The position numbers and the translations under genes were made by a program. The notes under the pieces were generated by a model. The model did no database searches and had not been told where the DNA came from. It was given only the letters and a program-made list of their open reading frames with translations. From positions 1-39,431 of the forward strand of contig JASFYR010000041.1 of NCBI GenBank assembly GCA_045047115.1: a DNA stretch of 39,431 nucleotides. The letters run 5' to 3'. Shown piece by piece: positions 16,984-26,985 of the stretch; position 1 is the stretch's first letter, and every line of letters starts with the position of its first letter. This stretch comes from Sulfurospirillum sp. (lineage in GTDB: Bacteria; Campylobacterota; Campylobacteria; Campylobacterales; Sulfurospirillaceae).

Positions 16984-18519
16984 GTGTTTAAACTCGGGCG
17001 TAAAAAAGGTATAAATCAGATAAATATGTATGCTATATTTTTTGCCGGTATTTTTGCTTTTGTTGCTGCTTTTGTTGTTATTTTCAATGAATATTTAGAT
17101 TTTAACAAAGAGATATCCAAATTTGAAAAAAGTTATATGGACTCCCAAAAAAAGAAAATTATCGCTAAAACAGATAAATTACGAAAAATTATAGAGTATA
17201 ATCAAAAAAGATATAAAAAAAGAAGCTTTTTAGACAGCAATATTGTCGATATGAGCCGTAGTATCTTGCTCAACAGTGATGACGGCATAGACTTTTTTTT
17301 ATTTGATAAAATAAATGATAAACTTTATTGTTCAAAAAATGATAATTTCAACAGTAAAATAGGAGATAAAATACGCAGTAGTAAAAACAGCAATTATCTA
17401 TTTTTTGATTTTGCTTATAAAGAAAAAAGGTATCTTGTTTACTCAAGAGTATTTGAAGATTTAAATATAATTTATGGAAGCATAATAGCTATAAATGATC
17501 TTAATGACAAACTTCGGGCAAAAAGAGTGGAGTATAAAAAGAAGATATCAGGCTTTGTTTTGAAGATAGTTTTTCTGACGCTTGTTTTGTATATCATAAG
17601 CATCTTGAAGTATAGATTTTTTACGGAAAAGATTTCTAAGGAACTGAAGTATATAACCAACTCTCTAACAGATACATCTTTGGTATATAGGCATATAGAG
17701 TTAAACAAGATAGAGTTCAAAGAGTTCAACCAGATAGCTCTGCATGTAAACAAAATGATGGATAAAATCAAGACTAAAAACAGAGAACTTATATCGTTAA
17801 ATCTTGACCTTGAAAAGTTAGTACAGGAAAAAACAGATGAATTGCAAAAGTCTATAGAGTACACGAAAGAGTTGCTGAAGTATCAGGATAAATTTGTCAA
17901 AAATGCTATTCATGAGATAAACACCCCACTTTCGATAATACTGATGAATATAGAACTTTACAATCTAAAATATGAAAAAAACAGTTATCTTACAAAGATT
18001 GAAGCCGGTGTGAAAGTTTTAGAAAATATCAATGGAGACCTGGGTTATATAGTGAAAAAAGACCGCCTTATATATAAAAAAGAGATGATAGATTTTTCTG
18101 CTTATCTTAAAGAAAGGGTAGAGTATTTTGATGATGTTGCCAAAGGAAACGATCTTGAGCTTAAATCAGATATACAAGGTGGGATTTTTGTCTATTTTAG
18201 CTCTACTCAGCTTCAAAGGCTATGTGACAATAATCTATCAAATGCAATAAAATACAGTTATCCGCATGAGACTGTATGGGTGAAGCTTTTTATACAAAAC
18301 AATAGTGTTGTATTTGAAATTTCAAACAAAGGGGATGAGATAAAAGAGAGTGATAGGTTATTTGACAGATTTTACAGAGAAGACATGGCAAGAGGTGGCT
18401 TTGGATTGGGCTTAAATATAGTCAAAGAGATTTGTGACATAAACTATATAACAATCAATGTTGTCTCAAGCGAGGGTGTGACAACCTTTAGATATGTTTT
18501 TAACGGAGAGTTATATTGA
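16984..18519 (+). CDS. Membrane sensor histidine kinase
   Basis: Two TM segments, H-box HEINTPL, NLSNAIKY, FDRFYR and GFGLGL. Confidence 0.92.
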   Translation: MFKLGRKKGINQINMYAIFFAGIFAFVAAFVVIFNEYLDFNKEISKFEKSYMDSQKKKIIAKTDKLRKIIEYNQKRYKKRSFLDSNIVDMSRSILLNSDDGIDFFLFDKINDKLYCSKNDNFNSKIGDKIRSSKNSNYLFFDFAYKEKRYLVYSRVFEDLNIIYGSIIAINDLNDKLRAKRVEYKKKISGFVLKIVFLTLVLYIISILKYRFFTEKISKELKYITNSLTDTSLVYRHIELNKIEFKEFNQIALHVNKMMDKIKTKNRELISLNLDLEKLVQEKTDELQKSIEYTKELLKYQDKFVKNAIHEINTPLSIILMNIELYNLKYEKNSYLTKIEAGVKVLENINGDLGYIVKKDRLIYKKEMIDFSAYLKERVEYFDDVAKGNDLELKSDIQGGIFVYFSSTQLQRLCDNNLSNAIKYSYPHETVWVKLFIQNNSVVFEISNKGDEIKESDRLFDRFYREDMARGGFGLGLNIVKEICDINYITINVVSSEGVTTFRYVFNGELY

Positions 18520-19181
18520 AGATTTTACTTTTGGAAGATGAGACTATGCTTAGAAACTCCATAGAGGAGTATCTAAGAGCGATAGGACATGAAGTGCAGA
18601 GTTTTATAAGTGGAGAGAGAGCTTTTGAAGAGATTCGCAAGAGTAGTTTTGATCTTTTGCTTTTAGATATAAATGTACCTCACTTAAGTGGGATGGAGCT
18701 TTTTGAGAGATTGAACAGTTTGGAAAATGTACCCACGACTATCTTTATCAGTGCAAATTTGGATATAGAGGATATAACTCAAGCATATCAGCTGGGAGCT
18801 AGTGACTATCTAAAGAAACCGTTTCACTTAAAAGAGTTGGCTTTGAAGATAAATCATATAAAAAAAGAGCAGAGTGCAAAGGCTTTTGTACAGGTAATTT
18901 TATCGAAGCACTATAGGTTCTCAAAAGAGAAGCAGATGCTGTTTTACAATAACAGCGTACAACATTTGACTAAAAAACAGCTTCAAATCATAACCCTTCT
19001 GTCTTACAATATGGGCATAGTAGTTGATTTCGATAAATTTAGAAGCTATGTTTGGAACCACGAACCGGTTGACAATGCCACCATAAGAGCGGAGATAAGT
19101 AGATTTAGGAAAACCTTAAAAGAGGATTTTATATTAAATGTTAAGGGAATAGGGTATAAAATAGAGAAATATTTTGCCTGA
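18516..19181 (+). CDS. OmpR-family response regulator
   Basis: LLEDE, LLDINVP, KPF and a winged-helix C-terminus ending GIGY. Confidence 0.93.
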   Translation: MKILLLEDETMLRNSIEEYLRAIGHEVQSFISGERAFEEIRKSSFDLLLLDINVPHLSGMELFERLNSLENVPTTIFISANLDIEDITQAYQLGASDYLKKPFHLKELALKINHIKKEQSAKAFVQVILSKHYRFSKEKQMLFYNNSVQHLTKKQLQIITLLSYNMGIVVDFDKFRSYVWNHEPVDNATIRAEISRFRKTLKEDFILNVKGIGYKIEKYFA

Positions 19182-19250
19182 TGGAGTGGCGGTGCTACTA
19201 TTCTTCACAGTTTATTTGAGAATATATATAAAAAGTGTCTAAAAGTTTAA

Positions 19251-19272
19251 ATGCTATGAAAATGCTACGAAA
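19251..19272 (+). promoter_or_regulatory. 11-bp direct repeat upstream of acs (putative response-regulator site)
   Basis: ATGCTATGAAA-ATGCTACGAAA, followed by a -10-like TATAGT. Confidence 0.6.
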
Positions 19273-19317
19273 TCTTTATAGTATATAAGAAATAATAAGT
19301 TCTAGGAGGAGATATAA

Positions 19318-21258
19318 ATGTCAGAAATTTTTGAACCAAACAGAGAGTTTAGCAAAGAAGCCCGCATTAAAAATATGTGTGAGTACAAAGAGCTTACATA
19401 TCAAGTAGATGATGATTATGAGGGATATTGGGACAGGCTGGCAAAAGAGAAGATAGAATGGTTTGAGCCGTACGATACTGTTTTGGATGAGAGTGATGCT
19501 CCGTTTTATAAGTGGTTTACGGGCGGAAAACTAAATGTTACTCATCAATGTATAGGACGACACTTAAAGACAAGAAAAAATAAAGCTGCTATTATATGGG
19601 AAGGGGAAGACGGAAGCAGGAGGATTATCACCTATCTGCTTTTATACTACAGAGTAAACAGATTTGCAAATTTGTTGAAAAACAAGTTTGGTATCAAAAA
19701 AGGCGATAGAGTTGTTTTATATATGCCGATGATTCCAGAGGCTGCTTTTGCAATGCTTGCTTGTGCAAAGATAGGTGCTATACACTCTGTGGTATTTGGT
19801 GGATTTTCAGCTGAAGCTTTAAGAGACAGGATCATAGATGCTGATGCTAGGCTTGTAATCACAGCAGACGGTGCTTACAGAAGAGGCACTCCATATCTTC
19901 TTAAGCCTATCGTTGATACAGCTTTGCAGAGTGGTTGTGAGTGTTGTGAAAATGTACTTGTGGTTAAAAGAAACTTTGAAGATATAGATATGGTTGAAGG
20001 CAGAGATCATATTTATAATGATCTCATAGGCAAAGAGTCTCAACATTGCGAACCGGAGCCTATGGAGAGCGAAGATCCACTCTTTTTGCTTTATACTTCA
20101 GGAAGCACAGGGAAGCCAAAAGGAGTTCAGCACTCAAGTGCCGGATATATCCTATGGGCACAATATACAATGGAAAATGTTTTTGATGTAAAAGAGAATG
20201 ATACTTTTTGGTGCACAGCCGATGTTGGTTGGATCACAGGTCATACATATATAGTGTATGGTCCGCTTGCTATGGGAGCGACAACGATAATGTACGAGGG
20301 CGTTCCTCTCTATCCGGATGCGGGTAGATGGTGGAATATGATAGAAGAGTTAAGAATAAATCAATTTTACACAGCTCCAACCGCGATAAGACTGCTCCAT
20401 AAAGTCGGAGCTGACCAACCCGGTAAGTATGATTTAAGTTCTCTAAAAGTACTAGGAACTGTGGGTGAGCCTATAAATCCTGATGCATGGATGTGGTACT
20501 ATAATGAGATAGGTGGTGGAAGATGTTCTATAGTTGATACATGGTGGCAAACTGAGACAGGAGGTCACATGATATCTCCACTCCCGGGAGCTACACCTAT
20601 CAAGCCCGGAAGTGCAACATTCCCACTGCCAGGAATCAAAGCTGAAATCATAGATGAAGAGGGAAATCCTGCGCCGGTTGGAGAAAAAGGTCTTCTTTGT
20701 ATCACAAAACCTTGGCCGTCCATGATAAGAACCATATGGGGAGATCCTGAAAGATTTAAAAAGTCTTACTTCGGTGATTGTAAAAAAGACGGAAAGCCTG
20801 TTTACTTCTCGGGAGATGGCGCCATGTATGATGAAGATGGCTATATAACAATCACAGGCAGAACAGATGATGTCATCAATGTCTCAGGTCACAGACTGGG
20901 AACTGCTGAGATAGAAAATGTAGTAGCACACGATGATAATGTTGCTGAGGTGGCGATTGTAGGAAAACCGGATGATATAAAAGGGGAAAGCTTATTTGCT
21001 TATGTAGTGACCAAAACTGATATAGATGCAGACAGTTTGAAAAAAGAGATAAATCAAATCATCGTAAAAGACATAGGGCCGATTGCCAAGATAGATGGCT
21101 TGTTGCTTGTGCCGGGACTTCCAAAGACAAGAAGCGGAAAGATAATGAGAAGGCTTCTTAGAACTATAGCCAAGAGTGAAGATATAACTCAAGACATATC
21201 AACACTTGAAGATCCAAGTATAATCATAAAAATAGAAAAACTGTTCAAGGAGGAATAG
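19318..21258 (+). CDS. acs: Acetyl-CoA synthetase (AMP-forming)
   Basis: [36 protein letters not shown] and [11 protein letters not shown] motifs. Confidence 0.97.
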   Translation: MSEIFEPNREFSKEARIKNMCEYKELTYQVDDDYEGYWDRLAKEKIEWFEPYDTVLDESDAPFYKWFTGGKLNVTHQCIGRHLKTRKNKAAIIWEGEDGSRRIITYLLLYYRVNRFANLLKNKFGIKKGDRVVLYMPMIPEAAFAMLACAKIGAIHSVVFGGFSAEALRDRIIDADARLVITADGAYRRGTPYLLKPIVDTALQSGCECCENVLVVKRNFEDIDMVEGRDHIYNDLIGKESQHCEPEPMESEDPLFLLYTSGSTGKPKGVQHSSAGYILWAQYTMENVFDVKENDTFWCTADVGWITGHTYIVYGPLAMGATTIMYEGVPLYPDAGRWWNMIEELRINQFYTAPTAIRLLHKVGADQPGKYDLSSLKVLGTVGEPINPDAWMWYYNEIGGGRCSIVDTWWQTETGGHMISPLPGATPIKPGSATFPLPGIKAEIIDEEGNPAPVGEKGLLCITKPWPSMIRTIWGDPERFKKSYFGDCKKDGKPVYFSGDGAMYDEDGYITITGRTDDVINVSGHRLGTAEIENVVAHDDNVAEVAIVGKPDDIKGESLFAYVVTKTDIDADSLKKEINQIIVKDIGPIAKIDGLLLVPGLPKTRSGKIMRRLLRTIAKSEDITQDISTLEDPSIIIKIEKLFKEE

Positions 21259-21648
21259 ATGAAAAATCATAAAGTTGTAGATATAAAGATCACATACGAA
21301 CCGGAGCATATGGAAGATATGGAAGCATTTGAAAAAAAAATAAATGATTTTTTGGATGGCATAAAAGGAACCAAACAGAGTAAAATTCTTATAATCCATG
21401 GAACAGATACTATGGATAAAACAGCGGAGTTTTTAGAAGACAAAATCAAAGACAAATGTATAGTTTTAACTGGAGCCATGGTTCCTTTTAGTATAGATTT
21501 TGTCGAGGCCACTGCAAATATCTCAACAGCTATCGGGTATATGCTTAATTGTGAAAAAAATGGTATCTATATCTGCATGCATGGTATAGTTGATATTCAT
21601 AATAGAGTGTTTAAAAACAGGGAAATCGGGGTTTTCCAAAAGAGATAA
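21259..21648 (+). CDS. Asparaginase-domain protein lacking the N-terminal GGT motif (possibly chimeric or inactive)
   Basis: IIHGTDTM and IVLTGAMVP are present; the first ~37 aa show no TGGT motif. Confidence 0.65.
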   Translation: MKNHKVVDIKITYEPEHMEDMEAFEKKINDFLDGIKGTKQSKILIIHGTDTMDKTAEFLEDKIKDKCIVLTGAMVPFSIDFVEATANISTAIGYMLNCEKNGIYICMHGIVDIHNRVFKNREIGVFQKR

Positions 21649-21666
21649 CCCTCTACTTGTGGAAGG

Positions 21667-22377
21667 TCATCCTATGTTTGTATAAACTGCCTGGACATCA
21701 TCATCGTCTTCAACCCGTTCTACAACTTTTTGTATATCATTAAGTTGTTCTTCTGTGAATTCTACCGGTGTATTTGCTATTCTCTCAAGTGTAGCTTTTT
21801 TTAGTTCAATTCCGAGTTTTTCAAAAGCATGAGAAAGATTTCCAAAATCTTTATAGTCACCATGAGCCAGTACCAATCCATCCTCTTCTTCTATCTCTTC
21901 CAACCCAGCATCTATGAGTTCTAATTCTATCTCGTCTAAGTCCATATTTTGTGTTTTATCAAATTCAAAAACTGCTTTTCTTGAAAACATGAAGTCCAAA
22001 GAGCCATTGTTTAGCATCTCTGCCCCACTTTTTTTAAGATTAAATTTTACTTTTGCCACTGTTCTTGTTGAATTGTCTGTCGCACACTCTATGAAAAAAA
22101 GAGAGCCGTGCGGACCTTTTGCTTCATAAGTTATCTCGCTCAGTGCTGCCAAATCTTTGCTGTTTGCTCTTTTGATGGCTGCTTCGATATTGTCTTTTGG
22201 CATATTTTCAGCTTTTGCATTAAGTATGGCAGTTCTTAGTTTTGCATTACTCTCAGGATCGCAGCCGCCCTCTTTTGCTGCCATTGTTATCACTCTTCCA
22301 AGCCTTGGAAATACTCTTGACATATTTCCCCATCTTTTCATTTTAGCCGCTTTTCTATACTCAAAAGCTCTTCCCAT
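21667..22377 (-). CDS. yebC: YebC/PmpR family protein
   Basis: [24 protein letters not shown] and [11 protein letters not shown] motifs. Confidence 0.95.
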   Translation of the reverse strand: MGRAFEYRKAAKMKRWGNMSRVFPRLGRVITMAAKEGGCDPESNAKLRTAILNAKAENMPKDNIEAAIKRANSKDLAALSEITYEAKGPHGSLFFIECATDNSTRTVAKVKFNLKKSGAEMLNNGSLDFMFSRKAVFEFDKTQNMDLDEIELELIDAGLEEIEEEDGLVLAHGDYKDFGNLSHAFEKLGIELKKATLERIANTPVEFTEEQLNDIQKVVERVEDDDDVQAVYTNIG

Positions 22378-22462
22378 AATCAATCCTTGTATTACTTTTT
22401 TAGATGTGCTATTATACTATCTGTTTTATTTGTACAAACTGATGTTGCGCCAAGGAAAAAAA

Positions 22463-25105
22463 ATGTTTAGAAAAACAAGACATCTTTACAGGCTAAAAGA
22501 TATAGAAAAGATTTTGGTATACTTCCCCATTTTTTTCATTTTGCTTTTGTCATTTATCTCTTTTTTTGTATCTTTTTTAGTTTTAGATTTCAATAAAAAA
22601 TCACAACTAAATTTAATTTCTCAAAAATCCAAACTTCAAGAGAGTTATGAAAATACTAAACTTTTACAAAATTACATAGATAAAAACACTAGACTGGTAA
22701 ATAAGCATTTTAAAAATGTAGAAAAAACCATGTCTCTTTATGTTCACGAAATAGAAGGTGTTATAAGCGGATTGGAAGAGAGTAAAAAAGAGATAAATAT
22801 CAAACAACTTCAGCCATTTTTAAAAGAACGAGAAACTAAAAGAGAGATTAAATTTGTTATTTTTAGAAGAAAAGATTTAAGAGTTTTGTACGGCTTGGAT
22901 ACCGTCAAAAATATTCAAAAATTGATATTTAACAACTACAACAACCAAAAATCACTCTACCTCACTCTTTTATATATCTCATCTCAGGGTAAAAAAAGTA
23001 GTTTTTATTGGAAAAATGATCTAAAACAGACTATACAGGTTAACTATTTTGAGTATTTAAAAAAACTAGGTTGGTACATAGGAGCTTTTTCAATCTCAGA
23101 TGATTTGAAAAAATTTACAGCAAGAACCTTTTTTAATTCTATGAGTGAAGACATAAGAGAAAAGAGAAAATATTATTTTTATTTTTATGATTATAATGAC
23201 AGGTATTTTTACAACTATTTTGGTGAAAAAAAGTGGCGAGGTTTCGACAATATCTTTGCATATCTAGACCCGCAAGAGATGAGTTTTATAAAGACATTTG
23301 CATCGAGGGTCGATAATCAAAATGGAAAAATGGAAAAATTTTATGATTTTTACAAGTATAGTTTTGGCGTGGGAATGAAAATCAATAAAAATTTAGTAGT
23401 TGATAAATATCTCGCCCAAAAGCAAAAAATTGAAGAGGAATTTCAAAACAAAAAGAGAGCTGTAACGATGATTATACTCGCTTTTGCAATTATTTTGATT
23501 TTTGCCTCTTTTTCATTTGCAAATTTTATAAAAAAGATATTTTCCACATACAATAAAAGGTTTGAAGCAAAAAATATGCTTCTTAGTAAATGGAAAGAGA
23601 GGTATGAGCTGGCTATAATAGCTACAAATGATGGGCTTTGGGATATAAATTTTAAAAACGGCAAGATATTTTTCTCTAATACCTGGCTGGATATGTTCGG
23701 CTATAAAAGAGGAGATGTTAATTCGTATAATGAGTGGTTAAACCTGATACACAAAGATGACAGAGATAATGTCATCAAAAAGATGGACGAACATAGCAGC
23801 GGAAAGCTTGATCATTTTATAGCCGAATACAGGCTTAAGACAAAATTAGGCAGATACAAATGGACACTTTCGCGTGGAAAGATATTTTTTGATGATTTAA
23901 AAAAGCCGGACAGGCTGTTGATGATGGCCATGAATATAGTGGAGAGAAAGAGGATAGAGAGGTCGCTTGATGATACATGGAGGCTTGTAAAAGAGGGAGA
24001 TATAGTGCTTTTAAGATGGCTAAATGATGAGAAACTGACTGTCACTTTTGTCTCTGAGAGCATATTGAAATTCGGGTATTACCCAGATGATTTACTTCAA
24101 AAAAGCACCATGTATGCAGATATCATATATAAAGATGATCTTAAAATGGTATTGGAAACTTTAAGGCAACATATTGAAAATGGACTTGAAAGTTTCTCTT
24201 GCACCTATAGAATCAAAAATAGGGATGACGAAAGTTTGATATGGGTTTTTTCACATGCTATTTTTATAAAAGATGATTTTGGCAATGTTACTGATTTGTA
24301 TGGTTATATTTATGATATCACAGCTATCAAGCAGAGTGAGCAGGATCTTGAAAACAGGGTTAAAGAAGAGGTTGATAAAAACATAGCCAAAGACAGGCTT
24401 TTAGTTCAGCAAAATAAACTAGCGGCCATGGGGGAGATGATAGGAGCAATAGCACATCAATGGAGACAGCCTCTAAATAATGTATCTTTAATTTTGCATT
24501 TTGTAAGAGATAATTTTGATAACGAAAAATTGAATAAAGAGATGATAGGAAACTATCTCGATAAGGGTAAAAAACAGATTGAGTATATGTCTCATACTAT
24601 TGATGATTTTAGAAATTTCTATAAACCTTCAAAGACAAAAGAGAGGTTTGAGATAAAAGAGGCACTTGAGGCGACAGTAGAAATTATGAGTGCAAAACTT
24701 GAGCAAAAAGATGTGCATGTAGAGCAAGATGTCCAAAAATTTATACTTAATAGTTTTGAAAATGAGTTTAAACAGGCTGTTTTAAATATCATCTCCAATG
24801 CAAAAGATGCAATTTTTCAAGAAAAAGAGAAGAATAAGGATTTTAAAGGTATCATCTATCTTATAGGCAAAAAAATCGCTAATACTTATGAGATAACTAT
24901 TTCAAACAATGGTGGAGAGATCGAAAAAGAGGTTATGGACAGGATATTTGAGCCATATTTCACAACAAAATTTGAAAAACAGGGGACGGGTATAGGACTT
25001 TATATGACCAAGATGATCATAGAAAACAGTATGGCAGGTTTTATAGATGTTAGAAATATAGAAGATGGTGTTGAATTTAAAATTATTTTACCGATAGAAG
25101 GATAG
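22463..25105 (+). CDS. Sensor histidine kinase with periplasmic (Cache-like) and two PAS domains
   Basis: AAGGA RBS then ATG at 22463 (MFRKTRHL); two TM segments, PAS elements DGLWD/IHKDD and IYKDD, H-box [17 protein letters not shown] and GTGIGL. Confidence 0.9.
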   Translation: MFRKTRHLYRLKDIEKILVYFPIFFILLLSFISFFVSFLVLDFNKKSQLNLISQKSKLQESYENTKLLQNYIDKNTRLVNKHFKNVEKTMSLYVHEIEGVISGLEESKKEINIKQLQPFLKERETKREIKFVIFRRKDLRVLYGLDTVKNIQKLIFNNYNNQKSLYLTLLYISSQGKKSSFYWKNDLKQTIQVNYFEYLKKLGWYIGAFSISDDLKKFTARTFFNSMSEDIREKRKYYFYFYDYNDRYFYNYFGEKKWRGFDNIFAYLDPQEMSFIKTFASRVDNQNGKMEKFYDFYKYSFGVGMKINKNLVVDKYLAQKQKIEEEFQNKKRAVTMIILAFAIILIFASFSFANFIKKIFSTYNKRFEAKNMLLSKWKERYELAIIATNDGLWDINFKNGKIFFSNTWLDMFGYKRGDVNSYNEWLNLIHKDDRDNVIKKMDEHSSGKLDHFIAEYRLKTKLGRYKWTLSRGKIFFDDLKKPDRLLMMAMNIVERKRIERSLDDTWRLVKEGDIVLLRWLNDEKLTVTFVSESILKFGYYPDDLLQKSTMYADIIYKDDLKMVLETLRQHIENGLESFSCTYRIKNRDDESLIWVFSHAIFIKDDFGNVTDLYGYIYDITAIKQSEQDLENRVKEEVDKNIAKDRLLVQQNKLAAMGEMIGAIAHQWRQPLNNVSLILHFVRDNFDNEKLNKEMIGNYLDKGKKQIEYMSHTIDDFRNFYKPSKTKERFEIKEALEATVEIMSAKLEQKDVHVEQDVQKFILNSFENEFKQAVLNIISNAKDAIFQEKEKNKDFKGIIYLIGKKIANTYEITISNNGGEIEKEVMDRIFEPYFTTKFEKQGTGIGLYMTKMIIENSMAGFIDVRNIEDGVEFKIILPIEG

Positions 25106-25108
25106 AGT

Positions 25109-25822
25109 ATGGATATAACAAGAGTTTTGCTTGTAGAAGATGAGGCTGATGCCAGAGAGATTTTGAGCTTTTATCTAAATACTATTTTTGAAGATGTTGT
25201 AGTTGCTGTTGATGGGCAAGAGGCACTTGAAATCTTTGAGCTTGGATTGAAAAATGGCAAATTATTTGATTTGGTTTTGACGGATATTAAAATGCCAAGA
25301 CTCAATGGAATGGACATGATAGAGAAGATGCTGTCCCTTGTGCAAAATCAAAAATTTATCATAGTATCTGCTTACAAAGATGAAGACAAACTTCTAAAAT
25401 CTATAAACTTTAGAGTACTGGGGTACTTCTTGAAGCCTATTAATGTTGATAATATGATGGAGATACTTAAAAAAGCAAAAGCAGAAGTCTTAAAGGAAAA
25501 ACAGGAAAAAAAGAGTCGAAATTTGCTAAAGATAAATAAAAACTATACATATGCCATAAGTGAAAAACTTTTGTATTGTAACGCTTCTTTGGTCAAACTT
25601 TCAAAAAAAGAGACAGAACTATTGGATATTTTGATTAAAAATATAGGAAAAATAGTCACCATAAAAAGATGCAAACTTGCATTGTGGAATGATGAAGACA
25701 AATCAGATACTACTTTTAGAACCGTTATGAAAAGGCTCAAAGATAAACTTATAGTAGAGGATTTTATAGTCTCTTTGAAGGGACAAGGCTATACAATAGA
25801 AAAAAATAGTGTAGATTTGTAA
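25109..25822 (+). CDS. OmpR-family response regulator
   Basis: LVEDE, TDIKMP, KP and C-terminal GQGY. Confidence 0.92.
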   Translation: MDITRVLLVEDEADAREILSFYLNTIFEDVVVAVDGQEALEIFELGLKNGKLFDLVLTDIKMPRLNGMDMIEKMLSLVQNQKFIIVSAYKDEDKLLKSINFRVLGYFLKPINVDNMMEILKKAKAEVLKEKQEKKSRNLLKINKNYTYAISEKLLYCNASLVKLSKKETELLDILIKNIGKIVTIKRCKLALWNDEDKSDTTFRTVMKRLKDKLIVEDFIVSLKGQGYTIEKNSVDL

Positions 25823-25848
25823 CAGTTAAAAAAGAAATTTTAAAATGT

Positions 25849-25889
25849 AAACAATAATAAAACTATTTTGAAACTTTTTATGATATAAT
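25849..25889 (+). promoter_or_regulatory. Extended -10 promoter with phased AAAC repeats upstream of the TAXI operon
   Basis: AAAC at 25849, 25860 and 25871 (11-bp period), then TGATATAAT at 25881-25889. Confidence 0.55.
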
Positions 25890-25916
25890 GCTCTTAAATT
25901 TTTTAAAGGAGATTAT

Positions 25917-26936
25917 ATGATTAAGAGTAAACTACTTAGTAGAGTTTTAGTTACAACAGCAGTTGCCCTGTCTTTGGTTGGTACGCTAAATGCCGCACCA
26001 AAAGAGAAAAAATACATAATAGCAACAGCTAGTACAGGAGGTACTTACTATCCTGTGGGTGTTGGTATCGCTACAATCGCCAGTTTGAAACTTGCCAAAA
26101 AGCATAAAATGACATTTTCTGCGATGACGAGTGCGGGTAGCAGTGAAAACATTGATATGATTGACAAGGGTGAAGTTAACTTTGCTATTATCCAGGGATT
26201 GTTTGGCTCTATGGCTTGGCAAGGCAAGGGAAAATACGAAGGAAAACCTAAAAAAAATCTAAGATCAGTCTCTATGTTGTGGCAAAATGTTGAGCAATTT
26301 ACTGTCTATAATAATTATGCAAAAACAGGTAACATTATGGATCTTAAAAATCTCTATGGAGAGAGATTCTCAATTGGCGGTAGAAATTCGGGTAGTAGAG
26401 TTTCTGCTGAGACTATCATGAAAGCTTTAGGTATCGACTACAACAAGATGAACATCCAGTATTTGGGTTACAGTCCTAGTTCTACCGCTCTTCAAGATGG
26501 TAAAATTGCAGGTATGAATACTCCCTCAGGTCCTCCGACAAGTGCTGTTACAAATGCATTTGCAACTATAGGTGCCGATAAGATAACAATCCTGAATTTT
26601 AATGCTAAAAATTTGAAAAAGATAGATGACAGTTATCCTGTATGGTCTCCTTTTACTATAAAAGCAGGGACATACCCCGGACAGAAAAAAGATGTACATA
26701 CGATAGCTCAGCCAAATCTTTTGGTTGTAACAAAAGATACTCCGGAGCAAACAGTCTATCTTTTGACAAAAACTATCTATGAAAATTTACCTTTTTTGCA
26801 CTCCGTGCATAAGGCTACGCTAGCTATGAGCTTACAAAAAGCAATAGACGGTCTTCCTATGCCCCTTCATCCAGGTGCTGCAAAGTACTATAAAGAGATG
26901 GGTCTGAAAATCCCTGCCAGATTAATAGCTAAATAA
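25917..26936 (+). CDS. TAXI-family TRAP transporter solute-binding protein
   Basis: Signal peptide, ATASTGGTYYPVG, SAGSSEN and PLHPGAAKYYKE. Confidence 0.93.
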   Translation: MIKSKLLSRVLVTTAVALSLVGTLNAAPKEKKYIIATASTGGTYYPVGVGIATIASLKLAKKHKMTFSAMTSAGSSENIDMIDKGEVNFAIIQGLFGSMAWQGKGKYEGKPKKNLRSVSMLWQNVEQFTVYNNYAKTGNIMDLKNLYGERFSIGGRNSGSRVSAETIMKALGIDYNKMNIQYLGYSPSSTALQDGKIAGMNTPSGPPTSAVTNAFATIGADKITILNFNAKNLKKIDDSYPVWSPFTIKAGTYPGQKKDVHTIAQPNLLVVTKDTPEQTVYLLTKTIYENLPFLHSVHKATLAMSLQKAIDGLPMPLHPGAAKYYKEMGLKIPARLIAK

Positions 26937-26940
26937 CAAA

Positions 26941-26963
26941 TGTGGCGAAGCAATTTCGCCACA
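26941..26963 (+). other. Intercistronic stem-loop (probable mRNA stabiliser)
   Basis: TGTGGCGAAG-CAA-TTTCGCCACA with no plus-strand U-tract. Confidence 0.6.
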
Positions 26964-26985
26964 AAACACCTCCAGGAGATCCACA

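Noticed and set aside
22157..22462. N-terminal extension of the 982-aa kinase ORF
   Set aside because: It overlaps yebC on the opposite strand; a good RBS and ATG occur at 22463.
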